Assembly (NCBI GenBank): GCA_045613945.1
Contig: JAZLBZ010000017.1
Location: forward strand, 41,703 to 105,702
Direction: 5' to 3'
Source: Bacteroidaceae bacterium
Lineage (GTDB): Bacteria > Bacteroidota > Bacteroidia > Bacteroidales > Bacteroidaceae
Length of the DNA: 64,000 nucleotides
A program made the position numbers and the translations under genes. How positions within the stretch are numbered: position 1 is the stretch's first letter; the number at the start of each line of letters is the position of its first letter. Shown piece by piece: positions 25,123 through 35,798 of the stretch. The notes beneath the pieces are model-generated. The model was not told where the DNA came from. It was given only the letters and a program-made list of their open reading frames with translations, and ran no database searches.

Positions 25123-27327
25123 TTACATATGCTCGTATACCTTGTTCTCAACCTTGTAACTGTTGCCAATTGCCTCCTGAATGAGCTGGCCAATTACGTT
25201 AGGGTTGTTAAAGAAGTCAAGTGATTGGATGTAGTCGGCCTCAGCCTGTGCATCAAACTCGGCGTTCTTTGCCTCCTTAGAGAGTACCTTAACTACGTAT
25301 ACAGCGTTGTCGCCCTTGATTGGCGCACTAACCTCGCCTGCCTCCATCTTTGCAACAGCGGCGCTGATAACCAACTCGTCGGCATTGATTGACTGTACAG
25401 ATGTTGCCTTCTTGTACTCTACCTTGTCAGTTGTGCTGAACTTGATGTTCTCGTTTGCCTTCAAGTCGTCAATGCTCTTGCCCTTCAAGTCGGCAGCGAT
25501 GAGGTCACCCTTCTTCTCGCTGATGAGCTGGAACTTGATGTTCTCTTTAACCTTGTCAAGTGCAACATAGCCCTCGGGAGTGATATCCTTGATTGCTGCA
25601 ACAATGAAATACTTCTTGTTGCCAGAGATGTACTCGTAGATGTTTGAAATCTCGCCTACATTTCTGCCGCCAAGAACCCATCTCAAGAGGTCTCTTGTAC
25701 CAGGCTTGTTGGCAACGTTAGGGCTGTTGGGGTTGAGTGAGCGCTGCTGCTCGAGACGGTATGTTGTAGAGAGTACCTTCTCCTGCAACTCGTCAAGGTT
25801 CTTGCAAGATGTTACCAACTGGCTCAACTTGTTGTACTCGGCATTGTATGTCTCGGCGCTTACAGGAATCTTGCGCTCGATGATGAGAGCGTCGTATGCC
25901 TCTACCTCACCCTTCTTCTCAATAACCTGGAAGATGAGCTTTGCGTTTGCACCGAAATCAATTACGTCGTATTTGTTGATTGCTGCAGTGTAAACCTGCT
26001 TCTGTGCCTCGGGAGTTGGGATGAAACCGATAGTAGTAACAAAGTTCTTTGTCTTGAACTCAACTGTGTCTGCGCTGTAGTTCTCGGCAATCTTGTCAAA
26101 GTCGGCCTTGTTGTTCAATGCGTTGAGCAAACTGTCGGCTGTTGCACTGAGTTCCTCGGCAGACTCGCTCTGGATTGCAATGGCACGCAACTTGATTGTA
26201 TCGGGAATCATCTCCTTTCTTACATTCATCACAAGGCTGATTGTGTTGTCGTTTCTGTCCTCAAAAGGTGCAACAACCTCGCCTGCATTGTTCTGCTGAA
26301 CATGGAACTTGTGGTTCTCCTTGAACTTGTTTACATAGTTCTGGCCCTCGGCGTCAATTGTGATAGCGTCGATAGTCCACAAGAAACCGTCGTATATGCA
26401 CTCCGAAGATGAGTACATTGCGATGTCGTTAATGTCGGCATCCTCCTTCTTGAGGTCAGCAGCAATTCTGTCAAGTTCAGAGCGTACTGCATTGATATCC
26501 TTGCTTGTTGGTCTGATTTCCTTGTTGATGTAGCTGATATCGTAAAGGTTGAAAGGAACCTTGAAGAAATTGTCCTTGTTTGCATTGTAGTACTCCTCAA
26601 TCTCCTTGTCGCTTACTGTAACAAGAGAATCGGCGTAGTTGCTGTATGGATAGGCTGCAATCTCAACATTATATGTGTTGTTGTTGAGGTCGAAGTTGCT
26701 CTGTGCAACAGCCTGGTTGGGAGTTGATGAGCAGAATGCGAAGATGCTCATGAGTTTTCTGCTGATAACGTCGCAGGTGATGCTTGTCTCAATGAACTTC
26801 CATGCGTTGTGCAGGTTCTCCAGTTCCTCGGGCATTGAACCGCTCTCCTTATAGTTGAGGTACTCTGCGTTGATTGAGTTGATGAACTCTACATTGAATG
26901 CACCTGTAGGTGTTGAGAATGCCTGTGGCAGACGGTTTGTGTACTGCTGTGCAACGCCGCCCCAGTTTGTGCTCAGGATGTAACTGAGTTCCTCTGGTGT
27001 TACGGTGAGGCCTGCTTTCTCTGCCTGTGCCTTCAATGACTTGTAGTTTGTGAGTGTGTTCCAGGCCATCTGTGTCACCTCCTCCTGCTTGCTCTCGTCA
27101 AGAGAAGTAACATTGTTGAGCAACTTGTATGCCTCCTCGCACTGGTTGCGGAAATCATAGAAATCGCTTGCTGTGATACTCTCGCCGTTGATTGTTCCGG
27201 CAACAGCCTCTTCAGGGCCTTTCTGGAAAAGTTTTACAATGTCTCCTGCTATGAATGCAAAAAGTGCAATGCCGACGAAGGCAATAAGCAGTGAGCCTTT
27301 GTTACGTAGCTTTTGTAGTGTAGCCAT
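25123..27327 (-). CDS. ppiD: Periplasmic chaperone / peptidyl-prolyl isomerase PpiD-like (SurA-N type)
   Basis: MATLQKLRNKGSLLIAFVGIALFAFIAGD is an N-terminal anchor typical of Bacteroidota PpiD. 734 aa. The conserved neighbourhood with hemolysin/lptC supports the call. Confidence 0.7.
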   Translation of the reverse strand: MATLQKLRNKGSLLIAFVGIALFAFIAGDIVKLFQKGPEEAVAGTINGESITASDFYDFRNQCEEAYKLLNNVTSLDESKQEEVTQMAWNTLTNYKSLKAQAEKAGLTVTPEELSYILSTNWGGVAQQYTNRLPQAFSTPTGAFNVEFINSINAEYLNYKESGSMPEELENLHNAWKFIETSITCDVISRKLMSIFAFCSSTPNQAVAQSNFDLNNNTYNVEIAAYPYSNYADSLVTVSDKEIEEYYNANKDNFFKVPFNLYDISYINKEIRPTSKDINAVRSELDRIAADLKKEDADINDIAMYSSSECIYDGFLWTIDAITIDAEGQNYVNKFKENHKFHVQQNNAGEVVAPFEDRNDNTISLVMNVRKEMIPDTIKLRAIAIQSESAEELSATADSLLNALNNKADFDKIAENYSADTVEFKTKNFVTTIGFIPTPEAQKQVYTAAINKYDVIDFGANAKLIFQVIEKKGEVEAYDALIIERKIPVSAETYNAEYNKLSQLVTSCKNLDELQEKVLSTTYRLEQQRSLNPNSPNVANKPGTRDLLRWVLGGRNVGEISNIYEYISGNKKYFIVAAIKDITPEGYVALDKVKENIKFQLISEKKGDLIAADLKGKSIDDLKANENIKFSTTDKVEYKKATSVQSINADELVISAAVAKMEAGEVSAPIKGDNAVYVVKVLSKEAKNAEFDAQAEADYIQSLDFFNNPNVIGQLIQEAIGNSYKVENKVYEHM

Positions 27328-27432
27328 AGTTGAATTTTATTTTTAGTTTATTAATTTTTTTATGTACAACACGGCAAAGTTACTAAAATGCTTTGAATTA
27401 TTGTAATACTTGAGGCAAAAAGTTAACGAAAT

Positions 27433-27472
27433 AATGGGTAAAAAACGCCCTTTCTGGCGATTTCTACCCATT
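27433..27472 (-). terminator. Hairpin downstream of the CNNM/CorC gene
   Basis: aatgggta ... tacccatt with an inner cgcc/ggcg helix. Confidence 0.45.
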
Positions 27473-27515
27473 GTTGCTGAAAAGTGTCACTTCTGCTTGC
27501 AGAGCAGTCTGCTAA

Positions 27516-28790
27516 TTAGCCTACCAATGACAACTTGACAAGTTCTATTTTTGTGCTGTGCTGCTTTATCGGGCGTATCTTGTACTTCCCGATGCTGATG
27601 ACCTCGTTGAGCTGTGGAAAACGCTGGTGGTGTGCAAGGATGAAACCGCCAAGTGTCTGATACTCATCAGATTCGGGCAACCCTAAATCGAAGAGTTCGT
27701 TAATGCGCTCAATCTCAAGTCGGCCCGATAGGATATATTCGTTGTTGCCCAATGACTTGGCAACAAGGTTCTGGTTGTCGTGCTCATCCTCAATTTCGCC
27801 GATAATCTCCTCTAAAAGGTCCTCGAGCGAGATGATGCCCGATGTGCCGCCGAACTCATCGACTACCACAGCCAATGATTTCTTTTGCTGCATGAGTGTG
27901 CGCATCAGTTTCTGCGCCGACAGTGTCTCGGGCACAATTGGCATCTTGCATATTTTCTGCTGCCACTTCTTGGTAAGTCGGAACAGTTCTGATGAGTGTA
28001 TGTAGCCTATGATGTCGTCAATGTTATCCTTGTAGACAACGATTTTTGAGTGTCCCGATTCAATGAATACCGACTTGAGTTCCTCGAGCGGAGTGTTATA
28101 TTCAACAGCCTCAATCTCTGTGCGGGGAACAAGGCAGTCCCTGACCTTGATGTTGGAGAAATCGAGCGCATTCTGGAATATGAGCACATCGTTGTCAATC
28201 TTCTCCTCGTCATCGGCATTCTCTATCGAGGCAAGGATAAGGTTGTTGAGTTCTGTCTTAGAGAAGGTCGTATCGTGTGATTCGCTCTTTATCTTTGTAC
28301 CTATGAGGCGCAGTAGGAGTGTGGAGCATACGGTTGTGAAACGCGATAGCGGGTATAGCAGTATGTATATCGGATATGTTATGAGCGCAAAGCGCTTGAG
28401 CGAACGGTTGGGGTTTATGCGGAACAGTGCTTTTGGAATGAACTCGCCGGTGAAAATGATGACTATTGTCGATATGAGTGTCTCAAGGAACAGGTTGAGC
28501 GATGTGGCTCCTTCCAATCCTTTGAGTATTGTCATATTCAGCAACTGTGCCATGAGCATACCATAGATGACGATGGATATGTTGTTCCCGACGAGCAGTG
28601 TCGAGATAAAATTATTGCTGTTGGAATAGAATCTGTTAATGACAAATGATGTTATCGAGCGGTTGTTCTGGTCAATGCCCAGCAGCAGCCTGTTCGATGA
28701 TACAAATGCTATCTCCATTCCCGAGAATAGTGCCGAGAACAGGATGACTATTGTGAGTGACAGAATGAGTGATAGAATGGGCGTTAACAT
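27516..28790 (-). CDS. Hemolysin-family protein (CNNM/DUF21 TM domain plus CBS pair plus CorC_HlyC; GldE-like)
   Basis: ALFSGMEIAFVSSN (DUF21), CBS-pair region, and the C-terminal GRLEIERINELF...GGFILAHHQRFPQ (CorC). ATG at 28790 (the track TTG is at 28805). Confidence 0.8.
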   Translation of the reverse strand: MLTPILSLILSLTIVILFSALFSGMEIAFVSSNRLLLGIDQNNRSITSFVINRFYSNSNNFISTLLVGNNISIVIYGMLMAQLLNMTILKGLEGATSLNLFLETLISTIVIIFTGEFIPKALFRINPNRSLKRFALITYPIYILLYPLSRFTTVCSTLLLRLIGTKIKSESHDTTFSKTELNNLILASIENADDEEKIDNDVLIFQNALDFSNIKVRDCLVPRTEIEAVEYNTPLEELKSVFIESGHSKIVVYKDNIDDIIGYIHSSELFRLTKKWQQKICKMPIVPETLSAQKLMRTLMQQKKSLAVVVDEFGGTSGIISLEDLLEEIIGEIEDEHDNQNLVAKSLGNNEYILSGRLEIERINELFDLGLPESDEYQTLGGFILAHHQRFPQLNEVISIGKYKIRPIKQHSTKIELVKLSLVG

Positions 28791-28794
28791 TGTG

Positions 28795-29379
28795 CTATTG
28801 GTCAACAGTGTAAATTCCTTTTGTGTTCCTGATTTGCCAGACCGACAGGTCCTGGTTGGATGAGAACCCGACTCCTTCGGTTATCTGGTCCTCCTGTTCT
28901 ACCCTGATGTATGCATCGGAATAGATGATTTTCTCCTCCTGGTCCCAGTAGAGGAGGTCGGTGTAGAAACGCTGGCTCTGAGGGTTTGTCATGTTCACGT
29001 TGCCTACGAGTTTCCACAGTTTGGCCTCGTTGAAATAGAATGCAGTGTCGCACTTGATGGTTGCCTCTACATTCATCAATGTGTCGAACTTCTCAAGGAA
29101 GAGTCCCTTCTCAAAAGCCCAGTATGGTGGTCGGCGTTTGCTGTAGACCATCCATTCGTCTGCTTCAATCCTGTAGCATATGTGCCCCGAGTCGCTTATG
29201 GTAGTGTTCACTCCGTACGTGCTCATTACAGCGATAGAGTCGGGTTGCTCAAAGGCCGGGACAGTACCCCTGGTGCTCTCTTTGCACGAGAAATGTAAAA
29301 TCAGTACAACAACTGCCGTAACGGCAGTTGTTGTACGATGTATGATATGGCCGAGATTAGCGGATTGTTGTTGTCTCAT
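28795..29379 (-). CDS. lptC: LPS export periplasmic protein LptC-like
   Basis: An N-terminal anchor followed by a beta-jellyroll pattern (ISDSGHICYRIEADEW..., GNVNMTNPQSQRFYTDLLYWDQEEKIIYSD.YIRV). The conserved position is upstream of the hemolysin gene. ATG at 29379. Confidence 0.6.
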   Translation of the reverse strand: MRQQQSANLGHIIHRTTTAVTAVVVLILHFSCKESTRGTVPAFEQPDSIAVMSTYGVNTTISDSGHICYRIEADEWMVYSKRRPPYWAFEKGLFLEKFDTLMNVEATIKCDTAFYFNEAKLWKLVGNVNMTNPQSQRFYTDLLYWDQEEKIIYSDAYIRVEQEDQITEGVGFSSNQDLSVWQIRNTKGIYTVDQ

Positions 29380-30787
29380 TAATCCAGCCACCGATTGTTA
29401 CTTTTTCGCCGACCTTGTAGCCCTTCATGAACAACTCCTCGTTTGAAGGTGTGTACTTCTTGTAGTTAGCAATGAGTTTGTCGGCCTCGCGCTTAACTGA
29501 TGGGTCAACGCTCTTTGCACGCTCAAGACGGTCGATGCAGAGGTAGTATGTACAGCTGTTCTTTGTGTTGTCGTCGCTCCATGTTGGAGTTGCAGCGTAG
29601 CAGCGTGCAATGAGGATGTGTGGCTCGCCATACTTTGAGTTGAGGGCAAGGGCCTTCTGTGCGTAAGAGCGTGCCTTGCCGTACTTGCTGAGCTGGTAGT
29701 AGATATCAGCAACCTTGTAGCAGAGTTCTGACTTGTTGGTTACACTGGCCTCCAGTTCAATTGCACGGTCAAAGAACTCCATTGCCTTGTCAATGTCACC
29801 TCTCTTGAAGTAGCGGTAGCCGCAACCCATAGCAGCCTTTGATGTTGGGTTAGGGTCAATCTCAAGAGCATACTCTGATGCAGCAAGGTATGCGTCCTGA
29901 TTAGTACACTTAAGCATTGCCATGACTGTGATTACCTTGTTGAGGTACTCGATATTGTCCTTGTTCTCCTCAATGAGTGGAGCATAGATTCTGTCCAAAT
30001 CCTCGCAAGATGCAGCGCCGCTGTTGATGAAGTATGCGTCGATGTTGCTCTTTGCTACACGTGATGCATCAATCATCTTGCCATACTTAACAGCGTTGAT
30101 ACTATCCTTTGCCTCGCCGTAATCCTGGTACTTCTGCATGCAGATTTCAATGTTGTCGTGGTACTTGTCGAGCACGTCAACAATATATACCGATGCGTTG
30201 AGGTAGTCCTCGATAATCTGCTCGCCGTGGCTTGTGTCGTTCTTGTACTTGAGACCTGAATACTTCATGAACAGTTCGGTAACAGCGTACTCAGACTGGC
30301 CCTGCTCAAGCGCAACAGACTTTGCAAGGATATCATAGACCTCCTCTACTGGTGCATTCTTGCGGTACTTGATGAGGTCAATAGCCTTTTTGCCCAGAAT
30401 CTTACCCTCAGACAACTTTGTCTTTGTGATTTCCTGGAGCAGGTCAAGGTACTTTATCTGCTGGTCGTATGTAGAGATAAGTTCGTCAATGTATACCTCT
30501 TTCTGCTGTGGGTCGGCCTCTTTCTTGATTAGTTCGGTAAGAATCTTGATACCGTTTGTGTATGTGTCAACGCGTGCAACAGGGAACTCGTTGAAAAGGA
30601 TTTTCCATGCATCGTAAGCAACTTTGAAATCCTTGTTGTCAACATTTGAGTTCATGATGCTGATGGTGCTTCGGCATCGTGTGCTATCCTCTTCGGTTGG
30701 ACCGAAACGGTGAGGGTTGCTAACGCCGTTCTGCGCGTTAGCAGCAATTGCAATGAATGCAATGAATGCTAAAAATAGTTTTTTCAT
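29357..30787 (-). CDS. Secreted tetratricopeptide-repeat protein
   Basis: ATG at 30787 gives the signal peptide MKKLFLAFIAFIAIAANAQ. Several TPR-like helical pairs occur in the C-terminal half. Confidence 0.65.
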   Translation of the reverse strand: MKKLFLAFIAFIAIAANAQNGVSNPHRFGPTEEDSTRCRSTISIMNSNVDNKDFKVAYDAWKILFNEFPVARVDTYTNGIKILTELIKKEADPQQKEVYIDELISTYDQQIKYLDLLQEITKTKLSEGKILGKKAIDLIKYRKNAPVEEVYDILAKSVALEQGQSEYAVTELFMKYSGLKYKNDTSHGEQIIEDYLNASVYIVDVLDKYHDNIEICMQKYQDYGEAKDSINAVKYGKMIDASRVAKSNIDAYFINSGAASCEDLDRIYAPLIEENKDNIEYLNKVITVMAMLKCTNQDAYLAASEYALEIDPNPTSKAAMGCGYRYFKRGDIDKAMEFFDRAIELEASVTNKSELCYKVADIYYQLSKYGKARSYAQKALALNSKYGEPHILIARCYAATPTWSDDNTKNSCTYYLCIDRLERAKSVDPSVKREADKLIANYKKYTPSNEELFMKGYKVGEKVTIGGWINETTTIR

Positions 30788-30810
30788 AATTTTATCGTCT
30801 TTTGTTTTAT

Positions 30811-32082
30811 TTATCTTACTCTCAGTTTCATGAACCAACTCTCGTTGAATGTGATGCCGATGTTGATTCTCAAACAGTTCTCAGTGATCATGCCCGCCGA
30901 GCGTGGTTCAAGGTGGACGAACTCTCCCGATATGTGCAGCGTGCCGTGACTGTAATTATTGTTGTTATTGTAGAATGGTATTGAGATACCGGCACTTACA
31001 CCATATTCATCACATCCTGCCTGCCCTTTGATTTTAGTGTAGGGCTGTGCGTAGTATAAACCGGCTCTGTAACTCATCATCTTCAGCAGGTTCTTTGACA
31101 TCTGGTTTGGTGAGTATTGTGCACCCACAGATATCTTGCTCCTGTCTGTTCCCACGCTTATCCTGTCACCTTGACCGGCTCCCTCCTGGTCAAAGAATGT
31201 CGATGTGCTCCACTGCTGGTATGTGTAGTCGGCGCCAAAAGTCAGCCGGTCGTCATATCTGTAGGTGAAACCTCCTCCGTATGTGTGCGGCAGGCGGAAT
31301 CCGCCGGGGATTGATGTCTCATTAGTGGCGCCCGATGTAGTGCTAGTCAATGTTGCGGTCGCATTCAGGTCGTGTCCCAGGGAGTATGTTGCTCCAAGTG
31401 TCAGGTGATGCTTGGCTGCCAATCTCGCCATAAACTGCATACCAAAGTCTACCTTGTAGTTGCTTATCGTTGCATTGTAGGTCTTTGAACGGTTGGTGCT
31501 GTTGGGGAACTCCGATACGACCTGGTGAGTTATGTCGCCATATATGTATGAGCCCATCACGCCGGCCGAGAACCATGAGAACGGTTTCCATCCCAAGCCT
31601 ATGTATGGCTGGTAGATGCCACCGGTACCGTTGTATGTCTCGCTATGCACCTCGTTTGTTCCTTGTGAAGATGTGGTGCTGAACGAGTATCCTACATTTG
31701 AGTAGGGGAGGAAACCTGCCGACAGGCCAAGACCCTTGCACAGACGGAACTGTATGGCAACGTAGTCAAAACTTGCGTTACGGGCGTTGATTCGTTTCTT
31801 GCCCTCCTTGAAGTTTACGTTCTGCATTGAGAAACCTGCCTCAAAAAGCATTGTCAGCGTATCTGCTACAGAGAACGATGCGGGGTTGGTGACATTGATG
31901 AAGTCATGGCTGCGCAGTGCATATCCCAAGCCGCCCATTTGCCTGTTGATGCCCAGGCTCTGGTTGGACAGGATGCCGACACCATAACGTGAATATGGTG
32001 AATTTATTCCATTATCGGCCGATACACCCATAACGGAAAGCACTATCATCACTATTGCAAGTATTCTTTTGTCAATTGCCAT
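30811..32082 (-). CDS. Outer-membrane beta-barrel protein (porin/FadL-like, family unassigned)
   Basis: Signal peptide MAIDKRILAIVMIVLSVMGVSA, alternating beta-strand pattern with many G/Y/S/T. ATG at 32082. Confidence 0.55.
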   Translation of the reverse strand: MAIDKRILAIVMIVLSVMGVSADNGINSPYSRYGVGILSNQSLGINRQMGGLGYALRSHDFINVTNPASFSVADTLTMLFEAGFSMQNVNFKEGKKRINARNASFDYVAIQFRLCKGLGLSAGFLPYSNVGYSFSTTSSQGTNEVHSETYNGTGGIYQPYIGLGWKPFSWFSAGVMGSYIYGDITHQVVSEFPNSTNRSKTYNATISNYKVDFGMQFMARLAAKHHLTLGATYSLGHDLNATATLTSTTSGATNETSIPGGFRLPHTYGGGFTYRYDDRLTFGADYTYQQWSTSTFFDQEGAGQGDRISVGTDRSKISVGAQYSPNQMSKNLLKMMSYRAGLYYAQPYTKIKGQAGCDEYGVSAGISIPFYNNNNNYSHGTLHISGEFVHLEPRSAGMITENCLRINIGITFNESWFMKLRVR

Positions 32083-32884
32083 AATCAAGTAAAATTCTAT
32101 TCAGTCCCTTAGCAACTAAATATTTGTCTGCAAAGATGCAATTTTTTACGCGATTTTTCAAAGGTTTTTCGTCACCGCCAGTTAAAAAAACCAAAACATC
32201 GCAATATTTTTGTTTAAATTCATTAATATAGCCGTCAATCTCATGGCAGATGCCGTTTATCACGCCGCTTCTGATGGCTGTTTCGGTGTCGTATCCAATG
32301 GCGGGAATGTCGCCCTCCTTGTCAACCATCGGCAGTCGCGAGGTGTATTCGTGGAGCGCTCTTAGGCGCATCTTTATTCCGGGAGCAATGTTGCCTCCAT
32401 TGTATTTGCCATCCTTGCTCACAAAGTCAACGGTTATGGCGCTGCCGGCATCAATCACAAGTATGTTGCGGTTTGGTGCTTCGCTCCATGCTCCCACTGC
32501 TGCCGCTATTCTGTCGCTGCCCAAAGTCTCTGGGGTCCTGTAGGCTATCTCTAGCGGTGTGGGCGTGCTGTTGCTGAATCTTACCACAGGGCACTGCAAT
32601 CTTGAAATCTCTTTTACCAGTTCGTTGCTATCGGCAATGACCGATGAAATAATCACCTTTTCAATGTCGTAGAGCCTGTTCCATTCGTCTATGACATCGA
32701 ATGATGAGTTGCTTTTCCTGGTGTGGAGAATCATCTGTTCCCCGTTGAATAGAAAAAATTTTGCGCTGTTGTTCCCTATGTCTATAATGAGATTCAATGC
32801 CCTTGCTGTTAAATTGTTTGCAAAGATACTGAAAATAATCCATATTTTTAAATATTTTCTTTGAATATAATGCATTTCGTTCAT
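32072..32884 (-). CDS. coaX: Type III pantothenate kinase
   Basis: LIIDIGNNSAKF, GSDRIAAAVGA, VIDAGSAITVDFV and GGNIAPG are motifs of the CoaX/Bvg accessory factor family. Confidence 0.8.
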   Translation of the reverse strand: MNEMHYIQRKYLKIWIIFSIFANNLTARALNLIIDIGNNSAKFFLFNGEQMILHTRKSNSSFDVIDEWNRLYDIEKVIISSVIADSNELVKEISRLQCPVVRFSNSTPTPLEIAYRTPETLGSDRIAAAVGAWSEAPNRNILVIDAGSAITVDFVSKDGKYNGGNIAPGIKMRLRALHEYTSRLPMVDKEGDIPAIGYDTETAIRSGVINGICHEIDGYINEFKQKYCDVLVFLTGGDEKPLKNRVKNCIFADKYLVAKGLNRILLDYGN

Positions 32885-33006
32885 AAATATGCGGTTTTGT
32901 GTGTAATTATAATATTTTGCTCTTGCTGCGAAAATAGTGAAGTTTGTTTCGCATTTCTCGCTCGTTTGTGCCTATATTTGCAAAATATTATGTAATCTAT
33001 CTATTT

Positions 33007-34197
33007 ATGAATATATACAAGCGGATTTTATTGTTTTTAATCCTTTCTCTTTCGGTTGCAGGCAGTGTGAGCGCGGATGTCAGGGTTAGTGTCCTTACCT
33101 GTTCGCCGGGAGATGAGGCTTATTCCCTCTACGGTCATACGGCTCTCCGTTACTGCGACACTTCAAGAGGTGTTGACGTGGTGTTCAATTACGGGTGCTT
33201 TGATTTCAGCACTCCTAATTTTGGGTGGCGTTTTGTGCTTGGCGAAACTGATTATATGGTAGGCTGCACCGATTTTGAGAATTTTCTTCCCGAATATATC
33301 ATGCGTGGCTCGGGGGTGGTGGAGCAGGTTATTGACCTGAGCGATGAAGAGGCGTTCCTTCTTTTTAAGGAGTTGCTGGTGAATATAAGGCCCGAGAATA
33401 GGGTGTACCGTTATCGTTATCTCGACAATAACTGTACTACCAAAGTGCGCGACAAGTTGCTTGAGGCGCTTGCCAAGCGCAATGGCAATATTGCGTATGA
33501 GGATAGCATGGTTGCGGGCAGAACCTATCGCGATGCCTTGAATCTTCCCTCGATGAAACATCCCTGGTATACATTCGGCATTAATCTGTTGCTTGGCGCC
33601 GGTGTGGACGAACCGCTTACCCGCGAGTCGGCACAGTTCTTGCCGCTTGATTTTATGAACGCTCTCAATGGGATGTCTGTTGCACAGGGCGATGGCACAG
33701 AACGCAAGGTGGTTGCCGAGACAAACATCTTGCTTGCCGAGAACAAGAAGGCTGCTGTACGCAGCAACTTCACCCCCTTCAATGCGTCGTTGCTGCTGTT
33801 GCTTGCCACCTTTATTGCAATGCTGTGCGAACTGCGCAAGCGCAAGACCTTTTGGGGTGTTGATGTGGTGCTGATGCTTGCCCAGGGCCTGTCGGGCTCA
33901 TTGCTGCTCTTTATGGCGCTTTTCTCTGAGCATCCGGCAGTGGATGTAAACTGGCTGATAGTAATGTTCAATCCATTGGCGCTTGTGCTGCTGCCAATAT
34001 ATGTCTGCCGCATAAGAAAACACAGGCCCATGACTATTGCCTGGGTACAGGTGGCGCTGTTCGCGCTGTTTGTGCTGACGGCACTGCTTGGCCTGCAGGT
34101 ATATCCTGCGCCTATATATTTCTGCGCAATTTCACTGCTTGTGCGTTCATTGTTCCACATTTATAAAGATAAGATATGCGATTTAAATATTGTGTGA
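33007..34197 (+). CDS. DUF4105 (Lnb N-terminal periplasmic domain) protein with C-terminal membrane domain
   Basis: ATG at 33007 gives a signal peptide. VSVLTCSPGDEAYSLYGHTALRY is the DUF4105 hallmark. Four or five TM helices at the C-terminus. Confidence 0.7.
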   Translation: MNIYKRILLFLILSLSVAGSVSADVRVSVLTCSPGDEAYSLYGHTALRYCDTSRGVDVVFNYGCFDFSTPNFGWRFVLGETDYMVGCTDFENFLPEYIMRGSGVVEQVIDLSDEEAFLLFKELLVNIRPENRVYRYRYLDNNCTTKVRDKLLEALAKRNGNIAYEDSMVAGRTYRDALNLPSMKHPWYTFGINLLLGAGVDEPLTRESAQFLPLDFMNALNGMSVAQGDGTERKVVAETNILLAENKKAAVRSNFTPFNASLLLLLATFIAMLCELRKRKTFWGVDVVLMLAQGLSGSLLLFMALFSEHPAVDVNWLIVMFNPLALVLLPIYVCRIRKHRPMTIAWVQVALFALFVLTALLGLQVYPAPIYFCAISLLVRSLFHIYKDKICDLNIV

Positions 34198-35723
34198 TAG
34201 TGCTGCTTTGCTGCGTCTCGTCACTCTTTGCGCAGCAACGTGCCAAGGTTGCCCCTAAACTGTATGTCAGCATAGTTGTTGACCAGTTGAGGACCGATTT
34301 CCTGTATGAGTTCGAGAATCTTTACTGTGAGGGCGGTTTCAAGCGCCTTATGTCGGGCGGCAAGGTCTACGAGAATGTATATTATGCCTTTGACAACATT
34401 GACAGGGCTACTGCCATAGCCACCCTTTCAACAGGAACAAATCCCTATGTGAGCGGCATTGTTGCAGAGCGCTGGCTCGACCGCAAGTCATTGCGCGTGG
34501 TAAACTGTGTGGAGGACAAGACCTGCAAAGGTGTCTATTCCAACGAGGCGTTGTCGCCCTCATCGCTCAAGTCAATTACCATAACCGATGAGATAAAACG
34601 CTCCACACGTGGCAATGCCATTGTATGCTCCATTGCCCCCGATGGCGATGCTGCAGTGCTGGCAGGCGGTCATGCCGCCGATGTTGTGCTATGGAAGAAC
34701 AATATGGCGGGATACTGGAGCAGTTCGTCCTACTATGGCCTCTATCCGGCATGGGCGGCCGATATGAACAAGGCTGTCCAGGGCAAGCCGCGCAAGTGGC
34801 AGCCGCTGTTCCGCACAAGTGAGTACAATAACTTTGGCGAGAAGGCCCCATCTGCATTCTCATACTCTTTCGATGGCAAGAAGAACATAATAACATACAA
34901 GACCTCGGCCTGCATAAACGATGAGGTAAACGAGATGGCGATTGCTTTCCTTGAGAATAGCGAGGTTGGCAAGGATGATATTGTAGACTGCCTTGCCCTG
35001 ACATATTATGCCGGCAACTATGACGGTGCGCCAATGTCGCACCGCCCGATAGAGGTGCAGGATATATATGCCCGCCTTGACCGCAATCTGGCCCAGTTGT
35101 TCGGCGAACTTGACAAGCGCTATGGGCTTGAGAATGTGGTTGTGTCGCTATCTTCTACGGGTTATGTCATGGAGAATGGTGATGAGAACAGCACTTATCG
35201 CTTTCCGTCGGGGACTCTCTACTCTGAGCGTATACAGGCTCTGCTCAATGTCTATCTGAGCGCGAAGTTCGGCAAGGCCGATTATGTTGAGGGAGTGTAC
35301 GGCACCCAACTCTTCCTTGACAATAAACTGATTGAGAGAATGGAACTGGACAAGATGACTGTGGTGTCGCAGGCCGTTGAATTCCTTAAATCGCTCGACG
35401 GTGTTGAGGATGTCTTCACTATCTACCGTCTTGGCGGTATGCTAAGTCCCGAACTGCAGTTTGCCAAAAACGGGTACAATCCGGTTGGTTCCGGCGACCT
35501 GTGGCTGCGCCTTATGCCGGGCTGGAGGCTTGTTGAGGACGAACTGCTCGTCTCACGTCAGGTCTATCGCTCCCCTGTAATGTTCCCTGTAATGATTTAT
35601 GGTGCAGGAGTAGAGCATGCAGTGGAGGACAAACTGACACCGGCAAATATACTGGCTACAGAAATGGCACGCATTCTACGTGTGCGTCGTCCCAATGATA
35701 ATTGTCTGAGGGTCTACGAATAG
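34176..35723 (+). CDS. Alkaline-phosphatase-superfamily (type I phosphodiesterase/nucleotide pyrophosphatase-like) secreted protein
   Basis: Signal peptide, then VSIVVDQLRTDFL, the metal/nucleophile region typical of AP-family enzymes. It overlaps the DUF4105 gene by 22 nt. Confidence 0.6.
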   Translation: MRFKYCVIVLLCCVSSLFAQQRAKVAPKLYVSIVVDQLRTDFLYEFENLYCEGGFKRLMSGGKVYENVYYAFDNIDRATAIATLSTGTNPYVSGIVAERWLDRKSLRVVNCVEDKTCKGVYSNEALSPSSLKSITITDEIKRSTRGNAIVCSIAPDGDAAVLAGGHAADVVLWKNNMAGYWSSSSYYGLYPAWAADMNKAVQGKPRKWQPLFRTSEYNNFGEKAPSAFSYSFDGKKNIITYKTSACINDEVNEMAIAFLENSEVGKDDIVDCLALTYYAGNYDGAPMSHRPIEVQDIYARLDRNLAQLFGELDKRYGLENVVVSLSSTGYVMENGDENSTYRFPSGTLYSERIQALLNVYLSAKFGKADYVEGVYGTQLFLDNKLIERMELDKMTVVSQAVEFLKSLDGVEDVFTIYRLGGMLSPELQFAKNGYNPVGSGDLWLRLMPGWRLVEDELLVSRQVYRSPVMFPVMIYGAGVEHAVEDKLTPANILATEMARILRVRRPNDNCLRVYE

Positions 35724-35798
35724 CCCTTCTGAATTGATATAACATTGAAGGGCTTCAAAGCGCGCTTTGGAGACCGGCAATGTTATATTGTGCAGTTG